Notes: a model not told the origin generated them from the letters alone. A DNA stretch of 64,000 nt from Pseudonocardiales bacterium (GCA_019244165.1 JAFATA010000012.1:22912-86911); one strand, 5' to 3'. Numbered from the stretch's first letter, positions 26,905-35,918 are shown. Numbers and translations: made by a program.

Positions 26905-27091
26905 CGACCACCGAATCGGGCCAGGACTGCATGTCCATAGTCGTCGTAATGGTACAGTACAGTGTGCTTTTCATCGACGGCTCGTCGATGAATGGGGTTC
27001 CCCCGGGCATCACTGTTATCTGGCGCACCGGATCGTAGCTGGCCCCACCCGGGGCGATCGCCTGCACTTGAGGCACCGAGACTCGGGTCAA
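26891..27091 (-). CDS. putative graspetide precursor peptide (TIGR04186-like)
   Basis: 66-aa ORF with a TTG start, immediately upstream of the ATP-grasp gene. The leader contains ...ASYDPVRQITV.... The C-terminal core is Thr/Ser- and Asp-rich: ...STLYCTITTTMDMQSWPDSVVDGTD. An AT-rich promoter-like region lies upstream (27092-27235). Confidence 0.6.
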   Translation of the reverse strand: MTRVSVPQVQAIAPGGASYDPVRQITVMPGGTPFIDEPSMKSTLYCTITTTMDMQSWPDSVVDGTD

Positions 27092-27235
27092 TCCGAACGG
27101 GACACTGTAAGGGGTACGGAGGTCCTGGTGCAGGGGCTACCGTAGGGATACATGATTTCTATGCGTTTCTGGAATATACATGTTCCGACTATTCATGCAG
27201 GGAATATTCGTTGGTCGACGTTCGACATGTTCCCG

Positions 27236-28108
27236 TCAGCATGCCAGTAGCATGTGGCGGTGCTGCCAGGCCTGCTCGATGCAGGCACGCGCAATGGGGG
27301 ACAGTGGCTCGGCGCGCAGCCGCTCCCGCGCCTCCGAGGTGAAAGGAATGCCCACGGTTGGCCGTCCGGCAGTCGTGCTCACCGCGGCACCTTCGTCATT
27401 GACGCTCACCATACCGGCGAACAGCCGGTCGAAGGCGGATGCCTCAATCACAGCGATGGTCAGCAGCTCAGCCCACAGCGTGAGTGGAAAAAGCGCCACA
27501 GCGGTGGCAAAGATCCTGAAGTCGCCCGCATCCCGAGCGGCGGCGAACGACCGGAACGGCTCGTCTTGCTCGTAGTCGATCGGGTCCACCGAGTTGCCGT
27601 CGTGCTCAGGGTTACCGAGAAACTCCTCGGAGTACTCCCGCTGGATATTGCGTCAGAGCGAGAAATCATTGGCCTGATGGGCCAATGCCAGCCCGGCCGG
27701 CTGGAAGACGCCGGACGGGATGACATGCAAGCCGGGCCCTGATGCGACAGATTTGGCGTCCCGCTTGTGGAGGTACAGCCGGTGTCCATCGATCGGGTCA
27801 CGCCGGATGGTCAACGTGCCGATGCTCAGCAACGCCGGGCGGGCGGCAAGATCGAACGGGTCGGCAATCCATCGGCGCAGCGGAAGAGCGGCGAGGTTAG
27901 GTCGCTTGTGTCCAGCACACAGCCAGCCTTCAGCGAACTCATGGGCGGCCGCCTCGCAGACATCGAATGTCTCGAAGTAGCTGGTAAAGCCGAACCCGAG
28001 CCGGCCGCCGGTCGTGGTCCATTCCACGTCGAGCAGCCGGTAGCTCACCCGGTTGTCCAGCAGCTTAGGCCGGGCGAGGTCACGTAGGGCGTGCGAGTAG
28101 CGCACCAT
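27236..28108 (-). pseudogene. gene of unknown function (weak Nudix-box-like REYSEEFLG) interrupted by an in-frame TGA
   Basis: ORF 27653..28333 and ORF 27236..27589 are in the same frame, separated only by the TGA at 27653-27655. The joined reading is ...AHQANDFSL*RNIQREYSEEFLGNPEHDGNSVDPIDYEQDEPF.... A Trp codon (TGG to TGA) would fit the context. Confidence 0.45.
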
Positions 28109-28745
28109 AACGGGTTCCGTCGGCGGCCAGCGGACGGGCTGACTCGGTCTGCTCAATCCCACCGGTGATAACCGGCCTAGCAGGCTCGGCGACCTCGTAC
28201 AGACCGATGTCCCCGATCTCGACCGGCGTAGCGGGTAGCCAGTCAGGTTGGGTGAGCGCCGAGCTACCGGACATGTGGTGCGCCCGTGGGTATAGCTCGG
28301 CGGCGAGGTCACCCAGGAGCGTAAGGTTGGCATTCAGCTCGGCGCGCACCATCCGCCACCGCTCCTGACTCGCCAAGACCGCACCCGGCGAACCGCTGGC
28401 CGGTTCCGGCTGGGGAATGGCGTCAACGGGCCGGTCAGGCAGAATGCCCAGCTGCTCAGAAGGGATGTTCAGCTTCCCTGCGATGAACCGCAGCTCGTCA
28501 ATCCCCAGCAGAAGAACTCCGGTCTCTATCTTTGACAGCCGGGACTGTGTGGTGTTCAGCACCACAGCAGCCTCATGCTGCGTCATCCCCGCATGTTGGC
28601 GGTGCCAGCGGATTACCCTTCCCGCGTCGGAACCGTCCGGCGGCGTGGCCACCGGTTGTGTCACGTGTAACCACCTCCCAGCACTCATCCCCTCGACCAT
28701 GACTGCTCCCCTGCGGTGCCACGCTTGTTGCAGGGCCAGTATCAC
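28080..28745 (-). CDS. XRE-family helix-turn-helix protein
   Basis: The HTH is IRWHRQHAGMTQHEAAVVLNTTQSRLSKIETG...IDELRFIAGKLNI. Its 3' end overlaps the following disrupted gene by about 28 nt in another frame. That could be a separate gene or a frameshifted fusion. Confidence 0.7.
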   Translation of the reverse strand: MILALQQAWHRRGAVMVEGMSAGRWLHVTQPVATPPDGSDAGRVIRWHRQHAGMTQHEAAVVLNTTQSRLSKIETGVLLLGIDELRFIAGKLNIPSEQLGILPDRPVDAIPQPEPASGSPGAVLASQERWRMVRAELNANLTLLGDLAAELYPRAHHMSGSSALTQPDWLPATPVEIGDIGLYEVAEPARPVITGGIEQTESARPLAADGTRYGALLARPT

Positions 28746-28773
28746 AAGCTGGAGTGCCCACCGTGAGGGGTGC

Positions 28774-29574
28774 TCACCCTGTGAAACCGCGCTGCGCTCG
28801 AGTCTGGTGGGCGCGGGCGGCGAGCCCCTCGTCGTCGGGGTAGTCCACGCCGATGAGGGTGAGCCCGTGTGCGGGCGCTACCGTGACCCCGCTGGAGCGG
28901 GCGGTGGTGCGCAGCAGGCCAGCGGGCCAGTCCGGGAGGCACCGGTGCTCTCCCACCGCCAGCAGGGCACCCACCAGGCTGCGCACCATCGAGTGGCAGA
29001 ACGCGTCCGCCGCGACGTGCGCGATCAGCAGGTGCCCTTCGTCGCGGGTCCACTCCAGCCGCTGCAGTGCCCGCACCGTGCTCGCGCCCTCCCGCCGGCG
29101 ACAGAACGCGGCGAAGTCGTGCTCACCGAGCAACAGCGCGCTCGCCGCGTTCATCGCGGCGGCGTCAAGCCGACGGTGGTAGCTCAGCGTGTCGTACCGG
29201 CGCAGCGGATCCACCCCCCACGGCGCGTCGCAGACCCGGTACCGGTAGTGCCGCCGCAACGCGGAGAACCGGGCGTCGAAGGTGTCCGGCACTTGGGCCA
29301 CCGCCGGCACTCGGAGATCCGCTGGCAGCAGCCGGGCCAGCCGGTGGGCGAGCTGCTCGGGCGGCGGCGCACCGGGCGGCAGGTCGAGATGCGCGACCTG
29401 CCCGGTGGCGTGCACGCCCGCGTCGGTACGGCCCGCGACGGTGAGGGTCACCGGGATCCGCGCCACGGTCTCCAGCGCATGCTCCAGGACTCCCTGGACG
29501 GTGCGTCGCCCAGGCTGACGGGCCCATCCGGAAAAGCCAGCTCCGTCGTAGCGGATATCCAGCCGGTAGCGCAG
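28774..29574 (-). CDS. truA: tRNA pseudouridine(38-40) synthase; start codon unresolved
   Basis: The catalytic motif is [15 protein letters not shown]. The conserved N-terminal strand [28 protein letters not shown] lies upstream of the first ATG/GTG/TTG (29466), in a frame open back to the in-frame stop at 29710-29712. The only in-frame candidates I considered are CTG at 29562, 29574 and 29631. Confidence 0.85.
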   Translation of the reverse strand: MRYRLDIRYDGAGFSGWARQPGRRTVQGVLEHALETVARIPVTLTVAGRTDAGVHATGQVAHLDLPPGAPPPEQLAHRLARLLPADLRVPAVAQVPDTFDARFSALRRHYRYRVCDAPWGVDPLRRYDTLSYHRRLDAAAMNAASALLLGEHDFAAFCRRREGASTVRALQRLEWTRDEGHLLIAHVAADAFCHSMVRSLVGALLAVGEHRCLPDWPAGLLRTTARSSGVTVAPAHGLTLIGVDYPDDEGLAARAHQTRAQRGFTG

Positions 29575-29627
29575 GAGCCCGCCCTCCCCAGCGGGTAAGG
29601 CGGGCTCCTGCGGCGTGGTGCTCGGAG

Positions 29628-30167
29628 TCAGGATTCGCCCTCGTCCTCCTGCTGTGCGGCCGGGGTCTGCGGCTCGACAAGGGTCTGCGCCTCGGCCGGG
29701 GTCTCCGGCTCAGCGTGCGCCGCAGCGGGCTCTTCAGCCTTGGTGGCCGGCTGAGGCTGTGGACGGCCCCGGAAGGCCCTGCGCTTGACCTCTTCGACAT
29801 CGGCGGCGGTGCGCTCCGTGACCAGCGCGATAATCGCCATCGCAGCGTTGTCGCCCTTGCGTGGCATTGTCTTGAGGATCCGGGTGTAGCCACCTGGCCG
29901 GGTCGCGAACTGCGGGCCGATCTCCGCGACCAGCTTGTGCACCACGTCCTTGTCCCGGATTACCCGCATGATCTGGCGACGGTTGTGCAGGTCCGCCCTA
30001 CGGGCCTTACTGATCAACCGCTCGGCGAACGGACGCAGCCGTTTCGCCTTGGCCTCGGTGGTGGTGATCCGGCCGTGGGTGAACAGCGATGTCGCCAAGT
30101 TGGCCAACATCAGCCGTTCATGGGCCGGCGACCCCCCGAGCCGGGCGCCCCTGGGCGGCGTTGGCAT
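29628..30167 (-). CDS. rplQ: 50S ribosomal protein L17 with an Ala/Glu/Pro-rich C-terminal extension
   Basis: ATG at 30167: [52 protein letters not shown].... Confidence 0.93.
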   Translation of the reverse strand: MPTPPRGARLGGSPAHERLMLANLATSLFTHGRITTTEAKAKRLRPFAERLISKARRADLHNRRQIMRVIRDKDVVHKLVAEIGPQFATRPGGYTRILKTMPRKGDNAAMAIIALVTERTAADVEEVKRRAFRGRPQPQPATKAEEPAAAHAEPETPAEAQTLVEPQTPAAQQEDEGES

Positions 30168-30186
30168 GTGGCTCCCTTCGGTCGCC

Positions 30187-30230
30187 CCGTGAGTGGCGAT
30201 GCGACCTATAGGTCGCATCGCCACTCACGG
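30187..30230 (-). promoter_or_regulatory. perfect 20-bp stem / 4-nt loop hairpin in the rpoA-rplQ intergenic spacer
   Basis: ccgtgagtggcgatgcgacc tata ggtcgcatcgccactcacgg. It lies between the rpoA stop (30240) and the rplQ ATG (30167). Confidence 0.6.
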
Positions 30231-30239
30231 GTAGGTCCC

Positions 30240-31349
30240 CTACAGTTGCTCGGTTTCGGCGTAGTCGTGGCCGTCGTCGCCGTTGTCGGTGCCGTTGTCG
30301 GTGCCGTTGTCGGTGCCGTTGTCGGTGCCGTTGTCGGTGCCGTTGTCGCTGGCGTCGTCCTCCCAGCCCTCGATCGAGTATTCCGCCGACACCGTTGAGG
30401 GATCAAACCCGGGCGGGCTGTCCTTGAGCTGCAGCCCAAGAGTGGCCAGCTTCAGCTTCACCTCGTCAATCGACTTAGCGCCGAAGTTGCGAATGTCCAG
30501 CAGGTCGGCCTCGCTCCGGCTGACCAGCTCACCGACGGTGTGGATGCCTTCACGCTTGAGACAGTTGTAGGACCGGACGGTAAGGTCCAGGTCTTCGATG
30601 GGCATGGCGAAGGCAGCAATCGTGTCCGCCTCGGCCGGCGAAGGACCGATTTCGATACCTTCGGCTTCCACATTGAGTTCCCGGGCCAAGCCGAACAGCT
30701 CCACCAGGGTGCGGCCAGCCGAGGCCAGCGCGTCCCGGGGAGTCAGTGACGGCTTGGTCTCTACGTCCAAGATTAACTTGTCGAAGTCGGTACGCTGCTC
30801 GACCCGGGTGGCCTCCACCTTGTAGGTCACCCTCAGGACCGGCGAGTAAATGGAGTCCACCGGGATCCGGCCGATCTCCGCGCCGGATGCCTTATTCTGC
30901 ACCGCCGGCACGTAGCCGCGGCCCCGCTCCACCACCAGCTCGATCTCCAGCTTGCCCTTGCCGTTCAAGGTGGCGATGTGCAGGTCGGGGTTGTACACGG
31001 TCACCGTGGCCGGCGGCACGATATCGCCCGCGGTGACCTCCCCCGGACCCTGCTTGCGCAGGTACATCGCTACCGGCTCGTCCTCCTCCGAGCTGACCAC
31101 GAGCTCTTTGAGATTGAGGATGATGTCGGTGACGTCCTCCTTGACGCCCGGAACAGTGGTGAACTCATGCAGCACGCCCTCAATGCGGATGCTGGTCACC
31201 GCCGCTCCGGGGATGGACGAGAGCAAGGTCCGGCGCAGCGAATTGCCCAGGGTGTAGCCGAAGCCAGGCTCCAGCGGCTCAATCACGAACCGGGAGCGGT
31301 TGTAGTCGACCGGCTCCTCGCTGAGGGTAGGTCGCTGAGTAATCAACAT
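30240..31349 (-). CDS. rpoA: DNA-directed RNA polymerase subunit alpha with a (DNGT)n C-terminal tail
   Basis: [51 protein letters not shown]... is canonical. The C-terminus ...[41 protein letters not shown] is unusual. Confidence 0.97.
   Translation of the reverse strand: MLITQRPTLSEEPVDYNRSRFVIEPLEPGFGYTLGNSLRRTLLSSIPGAAVTSIRIEGVLHEFTTVPGVKEDVTDIILNLKELVVSSEEDEPVAMYLRKQGPGEVTAGDIVPPATVTVYNPDLHIATLNGKGKLEIELVVERGRGYVPAVQNKASGAEIGRIPVDSIYSPVLRVTYKVEATRVEQRTDFDKLILDVETKPSLTPRDALASAGRTLVELFGLARELNVEAEGIEIGPSPAEADTIAAFAMPIEDLDLTVRSYNCLKREGIHTVGELVSRSEADLLDIRNFGAKSIDEVKLKLATLGLQLKDSPPGFDPSTVSAEYSIEGWEDDASDNGTDNGTDNGTDNGTDNGTDNGDDGHDYAETEQL
30279..30350 (-). repeat. 6 x 12-bp tandem repeat (gccgttgtcggt; last unit imperfect) inside the rpoA 3' end
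   Basis: Five perfect units lie at 30279-30338 and one variant at 30339-30350. They are in frame and encode the DNGT repeats. Confidence 0.9.
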
Positions 31350-31419
31350 AGTTGATGTACCTCCATCTGGCGCCCGCTATTTGACGCCATCGCGGATCTT
31401 CGATTATCGCAGCCTCATC

Positions 31420-32025
31420 CTACTTGGAGTAGAAATCGACGATAAGCTGCTCCTGGAGAGGGACGTCGATCTGCGCCCGCTCGGGCAGGCGGTGTACCAG
31501 CACCCGCAACGTTGCGGGGACCACTTGCAGCCACGCCGGCACCGGGCGGTCACCCAAGGTCTCCTTGGCTACCACAAACGGCAGCGTCGGCATCGACTTG
31601 GGCCTGACGTCGATGATGTCGAACTTGGACACCCGAAGACTGGGGACGTCCACCTTGACGCCGTTCACCAGGAAATGCCCGTGGGTCACCAGCTGACGCG
31701 CCTGGCGCCGGGTGCGAGCCAGGCCAGCACGGTAGATGACGTTGTCCAGCCGGGACTCCAAAATCTGCAGCAGCACGTCACCAGTCTTGCCGGTGCGGCG
31801 GTTGGCCTCCTCGTAGTACCGGTGGAACTGCTTTTCCATGACCCCGTAGGCGAAGCGGGCCTTCTGCTTTTCCTGCTGCTGCAGGAGGTACTCGCTTTCC
31901 TTGATCCGGGCACGGCCGTGCTGGCCGGGCGGGTACGGTCGACGCTCAAAGGCTTGGTCGCCGCCGATCAGATCGGTCTTGAGCCGACGGGACTTGCGGG
32001 TCACAGGTCCGGTGTATCGAGCCAT
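31420..32025 (-). CDS. rpsD: 30S ribosomal protein S4
   Basis: It begins MARYTGPVTRKSRRLKTDLIGG... and ends ...FYSK. Confidence 0.97.
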   Translation of the reverse strand: MARYTGPVTRKSRRLKTDLIGGDQAFERRPYPPGQHGRARIKESEYLLQQQEKQKARFAYGVMEKQFHRYYEEANRRTGKTGDVLLQILESRLDNVIYRAGLARTRRQARQLVTHGHFLVNGVKVDVPSLRVSKFDIIDVRPKSMPTLPFVVAKETLGDRPVPAWLQVVPATLRVLVHRLPERAQIDVPLQEQLIVDFYSK

Positions 32026-32046
32026 CTGCGCTGCTCCTCCCGCGCC

Positions 32047-32454
32047 TTAGACCCGGCGCCGCTTCGGCGGCCGGCAGCCGTTGTGCGGCTGAGGGGTCAC
32101 ATCCTGGATGGTGCCGACCTCAAGACCGGCAGCCTGTAGCGACCGGATCGCCGTCTCGCGGCCCGAACCGGGGCCCTTCACGAAGACATCCACCTTCTTC
32201 ATGCCGTGCTCGGCGGCCTTGCGGGCGGCATTCTCGGCGGCCATCTGGGCAGCGAACGGGGTCGACTTGCGCGAGCCCTTGAATCCCACGTGGCCCGCGG
32301 ACGCCCACGCGATCACTGCACCGGTGGGATCGGTGATCGAGACAATCGTGTTGTTGAACGTTGACTTGATATGCGCATGGCCATGCGCGACGTTCTTCTT
32401 CTCTTTGCGCCGAACCTTCTTGACACCGACACCTGCTCGTGCTCTGGGTGGCAT
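32047..32454 (-). CDS. rpsK: 30S ribosomal protein S11
   Basis: It contains ...[30 protein letters not shown]...[13 protein letters not shown]. Confidence 0.97.
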   Translation of the reverse strand: MPPRARAGVGVKKVRRKEKKNVAHGHAHIKSTFNNTIVSITDPTGAVIAWASAGHVGFKGSRKSTPFAAQMAAENAARKAAEHGMKKVDVFVKGPGSGRETAIRSLQAAGLEVGTIQDVTPQPHNGCRPPKRRRV

Positions 32455-32510
32455 GCGGTTGCACTCCTACAAGATCTGGGTTAGCTGCCCTGGGATTGGT
32501 TGCGCCGTCG

Positions 32511-32891
32511 TTACTTCTTCCCGGCCTTCTTCTTGCCAGCGACCGTCTTCTTCGGACCCTTACGGGTACGGGCGTTGGTCTTGGTTCGCTGACCGCGCAC
32601 GGGAAGCCCGCGGCGCCACCGCAGACCCTCGTAGCAACCGATCTCGATCTTCCGGCGGATGTCGGCCTGGACCTCGCGCCGGAGGTCACCCTCGACCTTG
32701 CAGTTTTCTTCAATGTAGTCCCGCAGCCGGATGAGGTCCTCATCGGAGAGGTCCTTGGAGCGCAGATCCGGGCTCACCCCGGTGGCGCTGAGGATCTCGT
32801 GGGAGCGGGTACGGCCGATGCCGTAGATGTAGGTCAGCGCGATCTCCATCCGCTTGTCGCGGGGAAGGTCGACGCCAGCGAGTCGGGCCAT
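32511..32891 (-). CDS. rpsM: 30S ribosomal protein S13
   Basis: It begins [30 protein letters not shown].... Confidence 0.97.
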   Translation of the reverse strand: MARLAGVDLPRDKRMEIALTYIYGIGRTRSHEILSATGVSPDLRSKDLSDEDLIRLRDYIEENCKVEGDLRREVQADIRRKIEIGCYEGLRWRRGLPVRGQRTKTNARTRKGPKKTVAGKKKAGKK

Positions 32892-33068
32892 GCAGGCGTG
32901 TCTCCTGTCTCCATCGTCTCCAGGTCTGCTCCCCGCCCATCCCGCATGACGAGTGTGCTCGCCGCCCGCGGGCCCCGGCCTGGAATCCGGGGGTGGACCG
33001 ATCCCTCGCGGATCGGGTGGTGCGGGGAGGTCTTCTCGCGCCGCGCAGGACGTGACATCCTGCCCTGC

Positions 33069-33182
33069 TCAGCCCTGTCGCTGTTTGTGGCGCAGGTTCT
33101 CGCAGATCACCATGACCACACCGTGACGGCGGATCACTTTACACTTGTCACAGATCCTCTTGACGCTGGGCTTGACCTTCAC
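33069..33182 (-). CDS. rpmJ: 50S ribosomal protein L36
   Basis: Found by hand; it is below the ORF-track length cutoff. GTG-AAG-GTC... encodes (M)[36 protein letters not shown] (37 aa), with GGAGAG upstream. It lies between rpsM and infA as expected. Confidence 0.9.
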   Translation of the reverse strand: MKVKPSVKRICDKCKVIRRHGVVMVICENLRHKQRQG

Positions 33183-33250
33183 GTCATCTCTCCTGGTCGC
33201 GGGACCGGGTAGCGGTCCCGGGCCGTCAGTTGTGTCGTGGATCGGGTGCT

Positions 33251-33472
33251 CTACTTGTAGCGGTAGACGATGCGGCCTCGGGACAAATCGTAGGGCGAAA
33301 GCTCCACGACCACCCGATCCTCGGGCAGGATGCGGATATAGTGCTGGCGCATCTTGCCGCTGATGTGGGCGAGGACGCGGTGGCCGTTCTCCAGCTCAAC
33401 CCGGAACATGGCGTTGGGCAGTGGCTCGACCACCCGACCCTCGACCTCGATCGCCCCGTCTTTCTTGCCCAT
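33251..33472 (-). CDS. infA: translation initiation factor IF-1
   Basis: ATG at 33472: [73 protein letters not shown] (73 aa). Confidence 0.95.
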   Translation of the reverse strand: MGKKDGAIEVEGRVVEPLPNAMFRVELENGHRVLAHISGKMRQHYIRILPEDRVVVELSPYDLSRGRIVYRYK

Positions 33473-33814
33473 GTCCTCCGCGTCCTGCTCACGTCGCCCT
33501 GCCGCCGGCCAGCGGCCTTGCCGCGGCGCAGACACCGGCCGGTTCCGCGACGTGGGGAGGCATCACAAGGAGCGAAGACGCACCGCTGAGCAGGAAGCCT
33601 GCGCAGATACCTGCATACACGCTGGAACCAGCGCGTTGCGCGCGCCGACGTCACAGTGTACGTCGAGGTCACGCTCAGCTCCAAACCGGCCCGGCGATCG
33701 CCCCCGGGCGCCGAGCCAGAGGTCCCGGGCCGTGAACTCGACACCACCGACGTTGGGGTGCCCTTGAAACGTCGGTCACGTCGAGTTCACGGACAGCACC
33801 GACTGCAGCTGACG

Positions 33815-34105
33815 TCACGGAAGGCGTGCCACCGCCTGATGGATCAGTGCGACTGCATCTGCTCCAGTGGCGGCGGCCTCCTGGAGCAGGTTGAACATCG
33901 CGAGGTAGGCCATCACCTCGCCAGGGTCCTGCAAGATTTGTTCGCCGGTGAGGGTTTCGACGAATACAACGTCTTCATCATGGAGTGAGAAACCAGCCAG
34001 TGGCATCACCGGGGACGGCTGGGCGACAGGAAGCACACCGAGTTCGACTGAAGCCAGGCCGGACACGATGATGAGCCGATCGAGCTGACCTCGTAACGTA
34101 TCCAC
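33815..34105 (-). pseudogene. stand-alone duplicate of the C-terminal (DUF5753-type) part of the upstream XRE gene
   Basis: LRGQLDRLIIVSGLASVELGVLPVAQPSPVMPLAGFSLHDEDVVFVETLTGEQ...AATGADAVALIHQAVARL parallels LLGQLDRLVAVAGLAGVELGVVPFSAPLPMFPLTGFVLYDNVVLIESIVGQQ...AATGQEAVALIQRIATEL of the gene at 34108..34992. No HTH part is present. Confidence 0.55.
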
Positions 34106-34107
34106 GG

Positions 34108-34992
34108 TCAGCCGCTCAGTTCCGTCGCAATCCGCTGAATCAGCGCGACCGCTTCCTGGCCGGTAGCTGCCGCGTGACGAAATTGATCGAAGAATCTCTC
34201 ATAGAGCGCAACCTCGTCAGCAGCTTCCAGGCGCTGCTGGCCGACGATTGACTCGATGAGCACAACGTTGTCGTAGAGCACGAAGCCGGTGAGTGGGAAC
34301 ATGGGCAGCGGCGCGCTGAACGGCACCACACCGAGTTCGACCCCGGCGAGGCCAGCCACCGCAACCAACCGGTCCAGCTGACCTAACAGTGTTTCGGGCG
34401 GGCCAAATCGGGTGTGTAACGCCGCCTCGCCCAAGACCAGCTGGATCTTCTTACCAGGCTGATACAGCACGTCTTGACGCTTGATGCGCTCACCGACGAT
34501 TGCTTCGATATCCTCGGTCGAGGCTCCAAACGCAGAAGGGCCGCACGGCAACGACAGCAGTTCCCTCGCGTACGACGCTGTCTGCACCAGACCAGGCATC
34601 ATTGAGGGCTGGTATTCAGCGATGCGCATAGTCCTGGTGTCAGCAGTCGCAGTGCTCGCCTGATCCGCGACCGGGCCGCCAGCCCTGCGATAGAGCTGAC
34701 CAAAGGTCGCGTATTCGACTCGTGCGGCCGCCAGCAGATGCAGCAGTTCGTTCATCTGCATGGTCGACGCACGCGTAGCCGTGGCCCACTGCACGATGTC
34801 TTGCTCGGTAGGGCGTTGCAAGCCACGTTCCAGCTTCGACACCCGGGTCTGGTGCCAGCTAGCATCTGGGTGATCGGTTCTGAGGCGTCGGGCTAAGGCA
34901 CTGCCGGACGGGAATGCGGCTGCACGTAGGTCACGCAACCGCCGCGCGAGCAAGGCGCGCTGCGGCGTGATCGGTGCTTGCAAGTCCGCCAC
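34108..34992 (-). CDS. XRE-family HTH regulator with DUF5753-type C-terminal domain
   Basis: It has the HTH LLARRLRDLRAAAFPSGSALARRL...WHQTRVSKLERG plus the C-terminal domain described for the fragment at 33815..34105. Confidence 0.8.
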   Translation of the reverse strand: MADLQAPITPQRALLARRLRDLRAAAFPSGSALARRLRTDHPDASWHQTRVSKLERGLQRPTEQDIVQWATATRASTMQMNELLHLLAAARVEYATFGQLYRRAGGPVADQASTATADTRTMRIAEYQPSMMPGLVQTASYARELLSLPCGPSAFGASTEDIEAIVGERIKRQDVLYQPGKKIQLVLGEAALHTRFGPPETLLGQLDRLVAVAGLAGVELGVVPFSAPLPMFPLTGFVLYDNVVLIESIVGQQRLEAADEVALYERFFDQFRHAAATGQEAVALIQRIATELSG

Positions 34993-35001
34993 AGCCTCCG
35001 T

Positions 35002-35550
35002 TCAGGACTGACCTGCGGTAAGGGTCAAATAAGACACTATCTCCGGGTGGTACCCACGCAGGTAGTCGGCCCATGGCAGGGAATGGTGCAGGGCTGCGTC
35101 ACGGGCACGGCAGGCCCTGACGATCTGTTCGGGATCGGTGACATGTTCAGCACCCAGCCACGTCCCGTCCCGGTCGTAGCGCTGACTCCACAGTTCGCTG
35201 GAGTCGATCAACCAGAAGTCGTCCTGCGGCACGTCCACGGGCCATGAGCCGCCTTCGGGAACCGGAACAATACGGACGTCCTCCCCGGCCTCGACGTTGG
35301 GGGCATAGCTAGCGAGCTCGAAACGGATGTAGTCGGTCAGTGGCGAGGTGACCACGTGTACCCGCTGCATGACACAGCCGGAGCGGACCCGCTGGCGGAC
35401 CATGTGCGTCCACGTCCGGAGGGCAGGCGTAAGCGGCAAGGGTTTACCCGCCTGGAAAGCGACTCGGGCATCCTCTTCACCACTGCCGCGGTAGTCCTGC
35501 AACGCCTCCAAGCGGAACACCGAGTACCGGAAGGCGACGAGCCGGTCCAA
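35002..35550 (-). CDS. hypothetical protein (DUF6879-like from memory)
   Basis: 182-aa ORF: ...FRLEALQDYRGSGEEDARVAFQAGKPLP...MQRVHVVTSPLTDYIRFEL...DFWLIDSSELW.... It commonly neighbours XRE/DUF5753 genes. Confidence 0.6.
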   Translation of the reverse strand: MDRLVAFRYSVFRLEALQDYRGSGEEDARVAFQAGKPLPLTPALRTWTHMVRQRVRSGCVMQRVHVVTSPLTDYIRFELASYAPNVEAGEDVRIVPVPEGGSWPVDVPQDDFWLIDSSELWSQRYDRDGTWLGAEHVTDPEQIVRACRARDAALHHSLPWADYLRGYHPEIVSYLTLTAGQS

Positions 35551-35582
35551 CAGGGTCGCCGCTCCGGGAAGGGCGTCGATAG

Positions 35583-35843
35583 TCAGGCCATCCTCTCCTG
35601 GTAGCGGCGCACCGCCTCGATGACGATCTCGGGCTTGATGAGCACCGCCCCCTCCCCGAGCAGCAGGTTCTCCAGGTTGGCGTACGTGTCGTCATCGGCC
35701 ACATCGCCTTGTATGCCGAACCGGCCGTCCTCGGTGAGGTAAACGGTCTGGCAGCCAGTGGGGTTGGAATCCCCGTCCTTGGCAAGTCTCTTCAGCCGCA
35801 CGACGCACCTCCGAATCGATGAGCGAACACGCTCATCGTACAT
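35583..35843 (-). CDS. small hypothetical protein upstream of the DUF6879-like gene
   Basis: 86-aa ORF: ...NPTGCQTVYLTEDGRFGIQGDVADDDTYANLENLLLGEGAVLIKPEIV.... Its codon usage is consistent with coding. The start is uncertain. Confidence 0.5.
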   Translation of the reverse strand: MYDERVRSSIRRCVVRLKRLAKDGDSNPTGCQTVYLTEDGRFGIQGDVADDDTYANLENLLLGEGAVLIKPEIVIEAVRRYQERMA

Positions 35844-35889
35844 GCACCAACTAAGCTACCTGGAGAAGGATTTCAACCAAGATCTAAGC

Positions 35890-35918
35890 TTGACACGAGG
35901 TTCACCTCGTTCTAGCGT
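35890..35918 (+). promoter_or_regulatory. candidate sigma-70-type promoter for graspetide cluster 2
   Basis: TTGACA (35890-35895), a 17-nt spacer, then TAGCGT (35913-35918), in an AT-richer stretch about 95 nt upstream of the precursor ATG. This is a pattern match only. Confidence 0.3.

Noticed and set aside
27653-27655. Possibility that the in-frame TGA encodes selenocysteine or is programmed read-through
   Set aside because: I saw no SECIS-like hairpin immediately downstream. The local sequence fits a Trp (TGG to TGA) position, so a simple nonsense mutation is the more economical reading.
29165-29893. 242-aa minus-strand ORF spanning the rplQ/truA junction
   Set aside because: It is out of frame with both conserved genes and its product is Arg/Pro/Ser-rich. 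It is a shadow ORF.
30206-30439. 77-aa ORF with a (TTAP)n repeat
   Set aside because: It is an alternative-frame reading of the rpoA 12-bp minisatellite on the same strand. rpoA is the real gene.
33590-33814. Spacer upstream of infA with overlapping ORFs (for example 33656..33988 on the plus strand)
   Set aside because: The translations lack protein-like composition and cross into the DUF5753 fragment on the other strand. I treated it as non-coding leader or promoter DNA.
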